A stretch of DNA of 64,000 bases from Zygnema circumcarinatum SAG 698-1b (lineage: Eukaryota; Plantae; Zygnematophyceae). The stretch is taken from assembly GCA_037447605.1 (NCBI GenBank), contig CM074819.1:1820297-1884296 (forward strand). The letters are read 5' to 3'. Positions 47,801 to 59,800 of the stretch are shown one piece after another. The notes beneath the pieces are model-generated. The model had not been told where the DNA came from and made no database searches. It worked only from the letters and a program-made list of their open reading frames with translations. Every line of letters starts with the position of its first letter. The first letter of the stretch is position 1. The translations under genes were made by a program, and so were the position numbers.

Positions 47801-50800
47801 AACATGGGCATCAGCTTCTGCTGCTGCGATTGGTAGTCCAAAATCGCGATTTCGGGTTCGTGGGGTGGACCGAATTGCTGGCGAATTAGGGAATATCGTA
47901 TCGCTATCGTGGCGGCGGTTTTTAGGACTGAGACGGAGCCGTAGGCAAGGCCAACTCGGCCACCCACGAGCTCACCGAGAGTGGCTGCAAATCGCTTGTT
48001 GGCGGTTGGGAGGTCGCTGCAGGAGAGAGAGGGGGGGGATGAGAGAGAGGGGAGTGAGGGAGGGAGAAAGAGAGAGAGAGAGGGAGGGAGAGAGGGAGAG
48101 AGTGAGGGGACTCTTAACAAAGGAAGTCTGAGAAAACCATCCAAAAAGTCTGAAACTGTAGAAGAACACTAAAAGACCTGTGCAAAGCGGGAGGAGGGAG
48201 GAGAGAGTGGGAGATGGCAGGAGGGAGGGGAGGGGCAGGAGAGGAAAATGCCTAAAAGCCACATTTTGAACGAAGATGCTCTCTTTACCTATTCTGTTTC
48301 TCCCCTCTCTCTCCCTTTCTCTTCCTCTTTCTCACCTGACATATTTTCCCTCCGGCGTCACGTCTCCAAATCGATTGAGAAGATTATCTCTCGGAATCCT
48401 CACATTGTTAAACCGAAGGGCTCCGTTATCAACTCCGTTGAGCCCAACTTTGTATCCACAGTCTCGAATCTCCACTCCGGGCAGAACACTATGATCCTCC
48501 ATGCTCCTGCACCAAGTAGCTTTATTTTTGTTTAGATTTTCTTCCGTCAGTCAAAATTTTGATAAAATTAAATGAATGGTTTGAGTATGTGTCACATAAT
48601 TTTTTGTCACTTAAAGGGAGCGTAGGGAGGGAGGAGTGAGTGGAGTGAGAGCGGGAACACTATTAATGCAATGTAATGTGATGAATGTAATAAACGTAAC
48701 GTTCATTTACTCAAATTTCTTTTGTTTTTAATGAAATGCCCAATTCTGCGACCCCAGTAACAAAGCATGAATAATTTCAACGTCCAAATCACAAAAAACT
48801 TTACCCCCAGGTCTCCCCTCTCTCCCCCTTCCCCCCCCCTCCCCTCTCTCTCTCCCCCTCCCCCTCCCCATCCCCCTCCCCTCTCCCTCCCCCTCCCCCT
48901 CTCCCTCCCCCTCTCCCTCCCTACCTGCACGTGCTCAGCGCCTTCTGCGTGTACGACGTGACGTAGCTCTTGAGCCCCGCCGAGAGCGCATGCACATCCG
49001 CCACTAGTGCCTCCTCCCCCGTCTTCTTCATGAGCGCATATTTGGTCACCAAATGTTCGGCGGCGAAGTGGAAGGCGTAGCAGGAGGCCAACATGGGCAT
49101 CAGCTTCTGCTGCTGCGATTGGTAGTCCAAAATCGCGATTTCGGGTTCGTGGGGTGGACCGAATTGCTGGCGAATTAGGGAATATCGTATCGCTATCGTG
49201 GCGGCGGTTTTTAGGACTGAGACGGAGCCGTAGGCAAGGCCAACTCGGCCACCCACGAGCTCACCGAGAGTGGCTGCAAATCGCTTGTTGGCGGTTGGGA
49301 GGTCGCTGCAGGAGAGAGAGGGGGGGGATGAGAGAGAGGGGGAGTGAGGGAGGGAGAAAGAGAGAGAGAGAGGGAGGGAGAGAGGGAGAGAGTGAGGGGA
49401 CTCTTAACAAAGGAAGTCTGAGAAAACCATCCAAAAAGTCTGAAACTGTAGAAGAACACTAAAAGACCTGTGCAAAGCGGGAGGAGGGAGGAGAGAGTGG
49501 GAGATGGCAGGAGGGAGGGGAGGGGCAGGAGAGGAAAATGCCTAAAAGCCACATTTTGAACGAAGATGCTCTCTTTACCTATTCTGTTTCTCCCCTCTCT
49601 CTCCCTTTCTCTTCCTCTTTCTCACCTGACATATTTTCCCTCCGGCGTCACGTCTCCAAATCGATTGAGAAGATTATCTCTCGGAATCCTCACATTGTTA
49701 AACCGAAGGGCTCCGTTATCAACTCCGTTGAGCCCAACTTTGTATCCACAGTCTCGAATCTCCACTCCGGGCAGAACACTATGATCCTCCATGCTCCTGC
49801 ACCAAGTAGCTTTATTTTTGTTTAGATTTTCTTCCGTCAGTCAAAATTTTGATAAAATTAAATGAATGGTTTGAGTATGTGTCACATAATTTTTTGTCAC
49901 TTAAAGGGAGCGTAGGGAGGGAGGAGTGAGTGGAGTGAGAGCGGGAACACTATTAATGCAATGTAATGTGATGAATGTAATAAACGTAACGTTCATTTAC
50001 TCAAATTTCTTTTGTTTTTAATGAAATGCCCAATTCTGCGACCCCAGTAACAAAGCATGAATAATTTCAACGTCCAAATCACAAAAAACTTTACCCCCAG
50101 GTCTCCCCTCTCTCCCCCTTCTCTCCCTCCCCTTCCTTCCCCTCTCCCTCTCCCCCTCTCCCCCCTTCTTCCACTCTTCCTACCCCCTTTCCTCTCCCTC
50201 TCTCCGTCTCTTCCCCTTTCTCCCTCCCCTTTCTCCCTTCCCTCCCTTCCCCTCTCCCTTACCTCCCCCCCCTTCTCCCTTCCCCTTCCCCTTCCCCTTC
50301 CCTTCCCCTCACCCTTTCCCTTCCCTCCCTTCCCCTTCCCCTCCCCACCCCCCCCCCTTCTTCTTCCCCCCTCCCTCTCCCTTCCCCCCCTTCTTCCCCC
50401 CAGCCCCCCTCCCCCTCCCTCTCCCCTCCCCCCCNNNNNNNNNNCCCCCCCCCCTTTTCTCCCCTCCCTTCCTCTTCCCCCTCACCCCCCTCCCCCCTCT
50501 CCCCCCCTCCCTGACCTGATGGGCACCACAAAGGCGTGCACCCCTTGGTCTTCCTCCTGCAGGCGGAGGCGCGCGAAGACGGTCGCGAGCTTGCCGTGCG
50601 ACGCGGCGTTGCCGATCCACCATTTGGTCGCGCCCTCGTTCGGGGTCGAAACCACGAACTCCTCGCGGGCGGGGTCGTACGTGGCGGTGGTCTGGATGCC
50701 CTGCACGTTGGAACCTGGGGAGGGAGCGAGGGAGGGAGGGAGGGAGGAGGGGAGTGAGGGAGGGAGGCAGGGAGGGAGGGGGGGAAGTGGGCGAGGGAGG

Positions 50801-50962
50801 GAGGGAGGGAGGAGGAGAACAAGGGAGCGAGGGAGGGAGGAACGGACGAAGGGAGGGAGGAACGGACGAAGGGAGGGAAGGAGGGAGAGAGGAAGGGGAA
50901 AAGGAAAGGAGGAAGGGAGGGAGCCGGCGAGGAAGGGGGGATGAGCGGGGGGTTGGCCTTTC

Positions 50963-50996
<34 letters not shown>

Positions 50997-51873
50997 GGCT
51001 GTTAAAACAGCTGGCACAGCCCCTGGCCTCTCCTTTTCCTCCTCCCCATCTTTCCTTCTTCTCTGTCTCTCTCACCATGGTGGAGCTCCGTCATGGCGAA
51101 GCATCCGGGGTACTCCAAGTTGTCGATGCCCTTCAGGTACTTTATATGGTGCTTCTCCGTTCCGAGGTTCAGAACTGAACCACCCCACAAACTGCGCAAC
51201 ATAGAACCCCGAAACCCAAAATTGGAAAAAAACCCAAAACTAAACATTAAACGTTCTAAGCTTTAAACCCAAAAAATTAAGTCGAAAACTTAAAACCCAA
51301 AACTTCAAACGATCGCGCCTTGAAAACCCACCTCGTCAAACCCTTAACCCTAAAAGCCACAACCCCAATTGTTCTTTCAAACCCTCCGTACCTGAACTGC
51401 ACCCCCATCTTGATCACCAAAGAGAGGTCGATCTGCCCCACCGCCTCCGCTATGGCGAAGTACCGCTTGGGGTCCTCTATGAGGGCCCGCATAGGCCGTA
51501 CATTCGCCGTCCGTACAAGCCCTACGAGCTGGCGGAAGGCGAGCTCCCGGTGCTCATCTTTGGAAATTTCCACGGGCGTTTGCAAGGACGGGTTTTTTTG
51601 AAAAAACTCGTAAACTTTTTCCTTGTCGGCAAGGTAGCCGCCGGAGAGGAGGAGGCTGAAGGAGGAGGAGTTCACCCGTGTGAGATGGGAGGAGGCGGAG
51701 CAGAGGGAGTGGGAGAGGCGGGCTTCGAGGAGGAGGGAGGGAGAGGAAGAGAGGTGGCGGGAAAGAGTAGCAAGGCGGCGGGAGGAGGGGGAGGGGGAGG
51801 AGGAGGGAGGGGAGGGGGAGGAGAGGGAGGAAGAAGGCGAGGGAGAGGGAGAGGGAGAGGAAGAGGGTGCCAT
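44861..51873 (-). CDS. ACX2: Peroxisomal long-chain acyl-CoA oxidase, ACX2-like, with PTS2
   Basis: PTS2 RLATLSRHL; [75 protein letters not shown]; ends YVGW*. Confidence 0.95.
47550..50120. repeat. Near-identical approx. 1.29-kb tandem duplication containing two ACX2 exons
   Basis: Exons 48506-48336 and 48016-47636 are repeated at 49796-49626 and 49305-48925, with essentially identical introns. Confidence 0.95.
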
Positions 51874-52300
51874 GTGGGGTTGTTGGGAGCGACAGATGGG
51901 GGAGGGAGGGAGGGAGGGGGAGGGAGAGAGAACGAGGGAGAGAGGGAGGGTGGGAGGTAGGGAGGGAGAGGGAGGGCAGAGAGGGAGTAGAGGGAGGAGA
52001 GGGAAAGGGAGCGGAGAGTGGGATGGGTCAAAGGGGGGCGGTAGGGGCACAGTGCTGACGAGGTTCCGCGCTGGCGAGACACCACGTGGATGCGGATGAG
52101 GCCGAGCGGGCCCAAAAAGGACGTGTCGGTGCCACGTGGCGCGCACTTGTTGGGGGCTCCGCCAATGGCTGGCCTGCGCCACGTCAGCGGTCAGCAGACG
52201 TGACAAGGACCCCCACAAATGTGGGACCACTGTACGGTATCCATATGGATGTCTTTATCGAGGGAATCAATCTTACAGAAGACTTTATCAAGAATAGATT

Positions 52301-53006
52301 CACAGATCGGACCATTAGACAAACCAGTCGACTGGTTGGCAACCAGTGGTTGCGGACCGAAACAACCATTCGACTGGTTTGGAACCAGTGGATGCCACTG
52401 GTTGGCAACCATTCGACTGGCCAACAAGTGGCATCCACTGGTTCCAAACCATTCGACTGGTTGCTAACCAGTGGTTGCGGACCGAAACAACCATTCGACT
52501 GGTTGCGAACCAGTGGCGCAGGACTGAAACAACCATTCGACTGGTTCGGAACAAGTGATCCAATGGTTGGCAACCATTGGATCACTGGTTTGACGACGCG
52601 ACCTATAGCCACTCGCCACGTGGCCAATGGCTAGTTCTGCGTGTTCCCACTAGACTAAGACTGTCGGTCGGTCCACATCCGGACCGAATCTCCTAAGGAC
52701 CTTTGACAACGGCTAAGGACCGTACGGTGTACAGTTCGGGGCTATACCCCTATTGTACACATCATTTTGGTGGGTTGCCAACCGTTGATAACTAGTGATT
52801 TAATGGTTGCCAACCATTTGATTTAATGGATATAACCATTCGACTGGTTGCCAACCAGTGCCGCCGGATCGAAACAACCATTCGACTGGTTGCCAACCAG
52901 TGGTTGCGGATCGAAACAACCATTCGACTGGTTGGCAACCAGTAGACGTCCAACCATTGCCATCCAATGGTTGTCCAATGGTTGCCGATCCAATGGTCCG
53001 ACCTGT
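52301..53006. mobile_element. MITE-like element filled with palindromic AACCATTCGACTGGTT-NNN-AACCAGTG repeats
   Basis: TIR ACAGATCGGACCATT / AATGGTCCGACCTGT (14/15); TAGATT on both flanks; a related copy at 62779-63016. Confidence 0.65.
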
Positions 53007-53492
53007 TAGATTTACTTAAGAGGCGACTTTATCGAGGAAATGAATTTACTTTACGTAGGACTTTATTGAGGAAATCGAATTACTTTAGCGATCAGCAGAG
53101 CCAAAAGGACGTGTCAAACTTCAGCAAAAGCGTCAGTGCTACTGAAGAAAAAGTTCAGTCAATATAAAACCAGAACAAGTACATTGCGATACAGCATTTG
53201 TACCTGTAAAGAGTACTCAGTTTGATGTAATCAAATCTGACATGGCTCAAACCAGCAAGCGGACAGAAATTTTGGATCCTGACGTAGGCAAGATTGTCAG
53301 CTGACGTCAGCCTGCATTTCCACCGTTCTAACTTTGACCTAAACCGGTCTCTGATTTCGCCTCTGAGTGAAGGAAAGGAGACTTCTTTTTTTCTTTTTTT
53401 TAGCATATTCAATCACTTGAGCTTCATATTGGCAACTTAACTCAGAAACAGACAACTTTCTATTTATTTTCGCTCTTTATTTTAATAAAATA

Positions 53493-54890
53493 ATGAGTAC
53501 GTTAGACTCTTCTTCGCAGGCAGACAACGACTCTTCTGTATCAACCTCGCTCACATCAAATGCAGAAGAAGCTCAATCCCTTGTAACAATACTGATTGAT
53601 TTCAGTTCGTTAGAAGACAACATAGAGAAGCTGCACCTGCAAGCGCCTCTCCGCGACATACAAAAAAGAAGCTCCTTCCTCTCGGCCTACGTTTCAGGAA
53701 GATGGGCGAATGCAGACTCCAAAGAAGCAGAATCATCATCTTCTCCTTCAAGTGAAGATACCTCCCTTGGAAAACGAAAGACTGTAATAGTCGTTCAAGC
53801 TCTTCCTCATGTGACTCACCGAGAGCCCTACAGAGCCTGCATAGAGCTTCTCAGCTGCGCGAATATTGAAGCAAAGATTCAAAGTTATGGAGAAAGCTCT
53901 CTCCAATTCGTGCTTGATATTCTCACTGTCGCATCGCAGCTGCTCTTTGATGACTGCATATCTGCATGTTTTTCCATCCTGGAAGCGGTTCCATGGACCA
54001 ATGTGGAGGAGGAGCAGGTTTGGAAATCTCTCTCTTCTCTGCAGTTGCAGGGAACAGATCAAGTTCTTGGAAGACTTTTGAGAGGCAATGAACAGACATT
54101 GGTTGCTCTCAGAGCGAATGTTCGGACTCTTCTATTCAGCGCTGTGGCTGCTTCATTGTATCAAGCTCACCCGGGGCGCGAAAACTGCAGGAAAGATACT
54201 CTGCAGCTGCTTCAACGGCTAACTAAAAGTAGAGAAAGAAATGCTTCTACGGAGGGGGTCCGCATGGTAGTGTTGGAAGTGTTTGCAGAACTGCAGGAGC
54301 GGCTGAGGGCGGCCGCGCGTACCAGGGGATATCCGATATATTTCGACCTGTCGATACCCGGGGAGACGAGAGATACAATATGGGGGAACTTGCAGATGCA
54401 GGAGGAAGCCATGGCTTGGCTTGTGGGAGTGATGATCGACATTCAGATGGGAGGAAATGTGCTTGCGTGGCTTGCAAGCGATGTGCAGTTCAGCAGCCAA
54501 GTTCAGCATTATCTTGGAAGATTTGACTTGCCAATGTATAATCTTTTGCTTCCTGTAGCCATTGGAAATTTGCTCACTGCGATGGTGCAGCGGAAAGTGA
54601 TTGCTTCAGCTACTGATCGAGCGACTTTTGTGAAGACATGGCTTCCAATATTGGCAGATTCAAGTGTGGATAGAACGGGTTATGCCACAACACTGTTCAA
54701 GGGGAAGGGCTTGGATGTGGATGTGTCGTATGGGATGGGGCAGACGATTCTCACTCTGCCTGCACTCGAGCAGGAGAAAATATTTGCTGTTTGGCACACG
54801 CAGTGCAGAGGGTATGATTGCGGATGGCCGGATTTGAAGGATGCGTATAATCAATGGTTGAGGAGGCTTGAAAGCCCGAGGATGATGTAG
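53493..54890 (+). CDS. Intronless plant BTB/POZ-domain protein (At1g63850/At3g05675-like family)
   Basis: 465-aa ORF; VLDILTVASQLLFDDCISACFSILEAVPWTNVEEEQV, FVKTWLP, GQTILTLPALEQEKIFAVW, WPDLKDAYNQWLRR. Confidence 0.85.
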   Translation: MSTLDSSSQADNDSSVSTSLTSNAEEAQSLVTILIDFSSLEDNIEKLHLQAPLRDIQKRSSFLSAYVSGRWANADSKEAESSSSPSSEDTSLGKRKTVIVVQALPHVTHREPYRACIELLSCANIEAKIQSYGESSLQFVLDILTVASQLLFDDCISACFSILEAVPWTNVEEEQVWKSLSSLQLQGTDQVLGRLLRGNEQTLVALRANVRTLLFSAVAASLYQAHPGRENCRKDTLQLLQRLTKSRERNASTEGVRMVVLEVFAELQERLRAAARTRGYPIYFDLSIPGETRDTIWGNLQMQEEAMAWLVGVMIDIQMGGNVLAWLASDVQFSSQVQHYLGRFDLPMYNLLLPVAIGNLLTAMVQRKVIASATDRATFVKTWLPILADSSVDRTGYATTLFKGKGLDVDVSYGMGQTILTLPALEQEKIFAVWHTQCRGYDCGWPDLKDAYNQWLRRLESPRMM

Positions 54891-55129
54891 ATTTGAAATT
54901 GTTGATTATTCAAAGCTTTGTTCGAAGGGCAGAGCTTTGTCTTTATTATTTTGCTGAAGGTTTTTAGGGTTAGCACCTGTGCAGGGTTCGGTTTTAGAGT
55001 TAGGTCCTGCTGTACTTGTGAAGTAGCCTGTAGTGAGTGTCATCTCGATGTTGTACAGTGCTTTTGCTGAGCGAAGGCTTTTTCAGATCAGGGGTTAGGG
55101 TTTTCGTTTTGGGTAAGGTTGCAGACATA

Positions 55130-55267
55130 AGATTCAGCCTCTACTAATTCAGATTCAGCCTCTACTAAGTCAGATTCAGCCTCTACTAAGTCAGATTCAG
55201 CCTCTACTAATTCAGATTCAGCCTCTACTAATTCAGATTCAGCCTCTACTAATTCAGATTCAGCCTC
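55130..55267. repeat. 21-bp minisatellite (AGATTCAGCCTCTACTAA(T/G)TC), about 6.5 copies
   Basis: Near-perfect tandem units. Confidence 0.95.
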
Positions 55268-55391
55268 TTTAGGGAAATGCGCAGCATGTGTGTGGTTCAT
55301 GAACATGTTTCACGTATGGTTTGGTTATCGTTGTTCCTGGTGGTTTCCTGTATAAAAATTTTGAAAATGCAGTGTGTGGACATGTCTTTGC

Positions 55392-55625
55392 TTGCCATGC
55401 ATACCCATGATGGCCATACATGCCTTTCTCATACATACATGTCCACTCCATGCATGTCCATTGCCCTTGTCTGTCCTTTTTAGAGCAGACATGGGTCGGT
55501 ACCATGCCTTTGCTTTCCATGCATATCCATGATTGCCATGCATACCCATGATGGCCATACATGCCTTCCTCATACATACATGTCCACTCCATGCATGTCC
55601 ATTGCCCTTGTCTGTCCTTTTAGAG
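55392..55625. repeat. Direct repeat of about 94 bp with 141-bp period, CATG-rich
   Basis: TTGCCATGCATACCCATGATGGCC...GTCCTTTTAGAG at 55392-55485 and 55533-55625. Confidence 0.9.
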
Positions 55626-56629
55626 AAGACAGGGGTCAGTACATGGAGAGAGTTCAGAGTTCAGTTGAACTGCCAGATAGTAATTTCACTTCATGTGCAC
55701 CTTCCGACATAGAAACAAGCAAAAGTCAACGCTTGGACTGCTGTCACCGCACAGTTATAGCTGCAGTTACAGCTACAGTTCACGTTACATATCAGTTACC
55801 ATCATGTTATGTACGGTACAGTTACAACTTTCACTTTTTCGGACAGTATTTTTGTCTTTATTATACTACGTGTCATCCAGGGGATTCTCCACGTCTACAC
55901 AATCCAGTCAAACTTTTTATTCGTACCCTTTTGTCCATTTATGACGTCATCAATGTACTACTCGTACGTATTTCTGTCGTCACACGACAATCCGTACACA
56001 AGTTCAACTTATTTCCGTTAGATTTTTGAGATTTCGGCCGGGATTCCGCTGCATAGAACCCGAAAATATCAAGAGGGGACCTAGTTCGAGTCCGTTAGAC
56101 TCGTGACAGAGTTCACGTGGCACCCTCCCATTGGCTGCATGGTCTGACGTGGCGTCCTTTCCGGGCCCCCTCCCCTTTTCCAAGTTTGCCTCTTCCAAGA
56201 AAGCGTCTCTTTGCAAGTAGGCGCTGGCCATGGCTGCCACTTCCAAGATTTGAAGCTTTGTAGGGTTTCTGCTGCAGGGCCGGGCCAATCAGGAGAAAAG
56301 GCTTGAGGAGCCACCTGGGAATCAGAATCAGCCACGTGGCGCCTGCATTATTGCCACGTCGGAGGCTGCTGGGGAGGGTGATGCGGAGCGCGCTGAGATA
56401 GGACACGTAGACTGCATGGGAGTATGGCACGTGGCTGAGGCAGGGAGGTGGAGAGGCGCAGGAAATCTGTATTTGGATTGATTTTAGGGTTGGAGGGAGG
56501 GATTGAGAGGTGGTATTTTCAGATAAGAGGCGGAGGGTGGATATTTGAGCTTGGGGGAGAAAAGAGGGTGCAGGAAGAGAGGTAGGAGAGGGAGGGAGAG
56601 AGAGAGGGGGAGAGAGAGAGGGAGAGAGA

Positions 56630-56670
<41 letters not shown>

Positions 56671-56893
56671 GGGAGAGAGAGTGAGCGAGGGGAGGGAGAG
56701 AGAGAACGGAATTCAAAGCAGGAAAGGAGAGCGGTGCCAATTAAGTAGGGAAAAGGAAGTGAGTGAGAGAGAGGAGGAGGAGAGAGAGAGTGTATGTGTG
56801 TGTGAGAGAGAGAGAAAAAGGAAGCGAGAGAGATAGAGGTAGAGGAGCAAGAATTTCAGCTCTCATTGCAGGGCCAAATCTGCTCGTAAAACC

Positions 56894-59800
56894 ATGAAGT
56901 GCCAAGCTTTTGTTGGCGTGAACAGGCCTCCTCTCTCTTCTGCTCAATCTCCACCAAGAGGAGTGAGCAGGCGCCCTCTTGTGGGAGAGCTTCCCTCCAA
57001 CACGAAAGCTGCTCTCCAATGCAGATATTCAAACCAGGCCAAGACAATGCCTGCAAGTTTGGTCAATAAAAATTGGTCAGAAAGTGACAAGATTAAGAGC
57101 AGAAATCACCATTTGTTGCGGTGTTCTTGGATGCGTCCCTGGACGACAGCTGGCGGCTTCGGGTTGGAGCAGAAACGAAGGGCATCGACGGCTCAGAGGA
57201 TGTCTTGGACAAGATCAACTGCTCCCAGGAGCTTCAATGAAAACGAAAATGCGGAGAGCAACTCATTGGAAGATGAAGCCGTTTCAAATGAATTGAGGGA
57301 AAGGTCCAAATTGGAGATCAAATCTGGAAGGACCTGGGGGGATCTGGAAGGATCTGGGGTTCAGGGTTCAGCAAAACTCTCGGTGCAAGAGTCTACTATA
57401 AGCGAGCAGGACATGGAAAATATGATGAAATTGATGAAGAAGAAGCAGAAAATACCATCGGAGAGGGCACGGAACGGGGTGTTACGTGATATTGCAGTAA
57501 GAACTGTTCGGGCGCTGAACGGAACGGAGCTCCGTAAATGGGCAGAGAGAGAAGGGAGAGAGTATGAGGGAGGAACAAAGAGGAAAAATGGATTGACGGC
57601 GAAATTGATGCAGTGGTTGTTAGCTGACTTGGAGGAGAATGATGTTGCCCGGGACGCATCATGGGCGACGAAGATGGAGTTCAACTTCTTTAAGGTGATT
57701 CCTCCCTACCTTCTGCTTTATTGAGTGATGTAATGGGTGTTTGATGATGTAAAGGAAGAGTTCATGTGGTGATGGTTGCGACTTACGCAATGAAAGACAA
57801 TTGTTGATGTTGAGTAATGATGGATTGTTGAAATGATGAAACGGATGTCTGGTGATGTAAAAAGAAAAATGTTGGTGTATGGGGCAGGAAGGGGACGGAG
57901 CTGAGGGAAAGTCTGTATGGATTATCAATTTTCTCGCAGTTGAATATCTGAATGACATTAGCTGTTATTGTGATTTTTTGCCCTGCTCAGATTTCAAGAC
58001 ATCTGGCGAGGTACATCTTCCCTTTGACTGGAGCTGGAGTGATTTTGGCAACGAGTTTCCAGCTGACAGGTGAATAAGAAATTCCCTTTTCCTCCTTTCT
58101 GGGTTATCATGAGTCTACTTGTCTGAGAGCGAGAGAGAGGGGAAGGAGAGGGAAAGCGAGAGAGGGAGAGAGGTAGGGAGAGAAAGTGAGAGTAGAGAGA
58201 GAGGGAGGAGGGAGGGATACGAAGGAGGGAGGGGGGAGAAGGAGCTTGTGAAGGAGGGGAGGAGGGGGAGAGAGACGGAGAAGGAGAGGAGATGGAGAGA
58301 ACTAACCACAACCTGCAAACCCAAACAACCTTAGCGAACGTTTCCCCTCGTCTTCTCTTTCTTTTATTTCCCCTCTATGTGTTGGAGCAGATGGGGGTCC
58401 CCAGCAGGAGGCAGTCCTATGGTTCAGTTGGACGGCGGGGGTAGTGCTCGGCTCTATGATAGGAGCGGGCCAAGCCCTTGAGAGTGCCAAAAGGAGTCCA
58501 AGGAATGTCCTCATCACAGGGAGCACGAGGGGCCTGGGGAAGGCCTTAGCGAGGGAGTTTCTGCTTGCGGGAGATAACGTGGTGGTGGCTTCAAGAAGGT
58601 GGGTAGAGATGGTGGGATGGGGGGAGGGCAGTTGAAGAGAGAGAGAGAGAGAGGGAGAGAGAGAGGGAGGGAGAGAGAGAGGGAGAGAGAGGGGGAGGGG
58701 GAGGGGGNNNNNNNNNNGGGAGGGGGAGGGGGAGGATTTTGAGGGAGTGGGATAGAGCAGGAGAGGGGAGTGGGGAGTGGGGGAAGGGGGGGAAGGGTGA
58801 TGTGTTTGTTTGTGGTGGTAGGAGATGCGGAGGACTGTCTGAGGCTAGGAGTGGAGAGGGAGAGACAGGGAAGGAGTGGGGAGGGAGAGAGGGAGGGGGA
58901 GAGAGGGAAAGAGCTAAAGTGAGGGGGGGAAGATGGAGAGGGAAAGTTAGAGGTAGCTGATGCTGAATGTAAGGGGGTGCTTGAAATGCAGTGAGGAAGC
59001 TGTCAATAGTGCGGTAGAGGAGCTTTTAGCCGGGCAGGCCATGCAAGAAGGTTTGGAGCAAGGTGCTCTCGGTGTGATTATTCGCAAACAAGGAGAGTCT
59101 CGCGACCGGTATTCCTCGTCTCCCTCTTTCCCTCATACTTTTTTTCTCTCTCCCTCTCCTGTCCCTCTCCTCTCCGTCCTTATCTCATCTCTCCTCCTTT
59201 CCCCTTCCTCTCTGTCTCTGTTTCCGGTGTACGTGTACTGAAGGTGAGTGTGTATGTTTCCTCATTCATTTGCACGATGGTTTTCAAAAGCATCAATAAC
59301 TGTTACTATGGCAATTTCTGCTCTTAGGAATATCCGTTTATGTGAAACTACATGAATACCATAGCTTCAAGTTTGGTACATACAGAGCCTTTGCCTATTA
59401 TTTCTTTGTGTTGGCTTTCCATCGAACTCCCGCAGGGTCTTGAAAATTGTACCAAACAACTGTCAATTGCGGAGCATGGAATGCCCAAAAGGGGGGAAAC
59501 CACAAATGGTGGTTGGAATGGCCTGCGATGTTCATAAGAGTGGCGATGTGAAGGATCTCGTTAAAGCAGCAGTTGCAGAACTCGGAACTATCGATATTTG
59601 GGTATGAATTGCGAACTCTTTCTCAACTAAAAGACCCACAAAGCTTTTTCTTGTGGGTATTTTAGTAGACTGAGAAGTGGTGAAGGTTCTGTGGAGTCAG
59701 ATAGATGTTTATAGAGTATTTTGTGCAAAGGCAGCTGATTTTTTGGAGAAGAAATTGTTGCAGATCAACAATGCGGGATCTAATGCAGGAGCAAAACCTT

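Noticed and set aside
52320-52960. CRISPR-like array of palindromic repeats
   Set aside because: Eukaryotic context, no cas genes, linkers are only about 15 bp and are reused, and the array is bounded by TIRs.
55088-55306. ORF with (ESELVEA)n heptad repeats
   Set aside because: Just the 21-bp minisatellite read on the minus strand; no other coding evidence.
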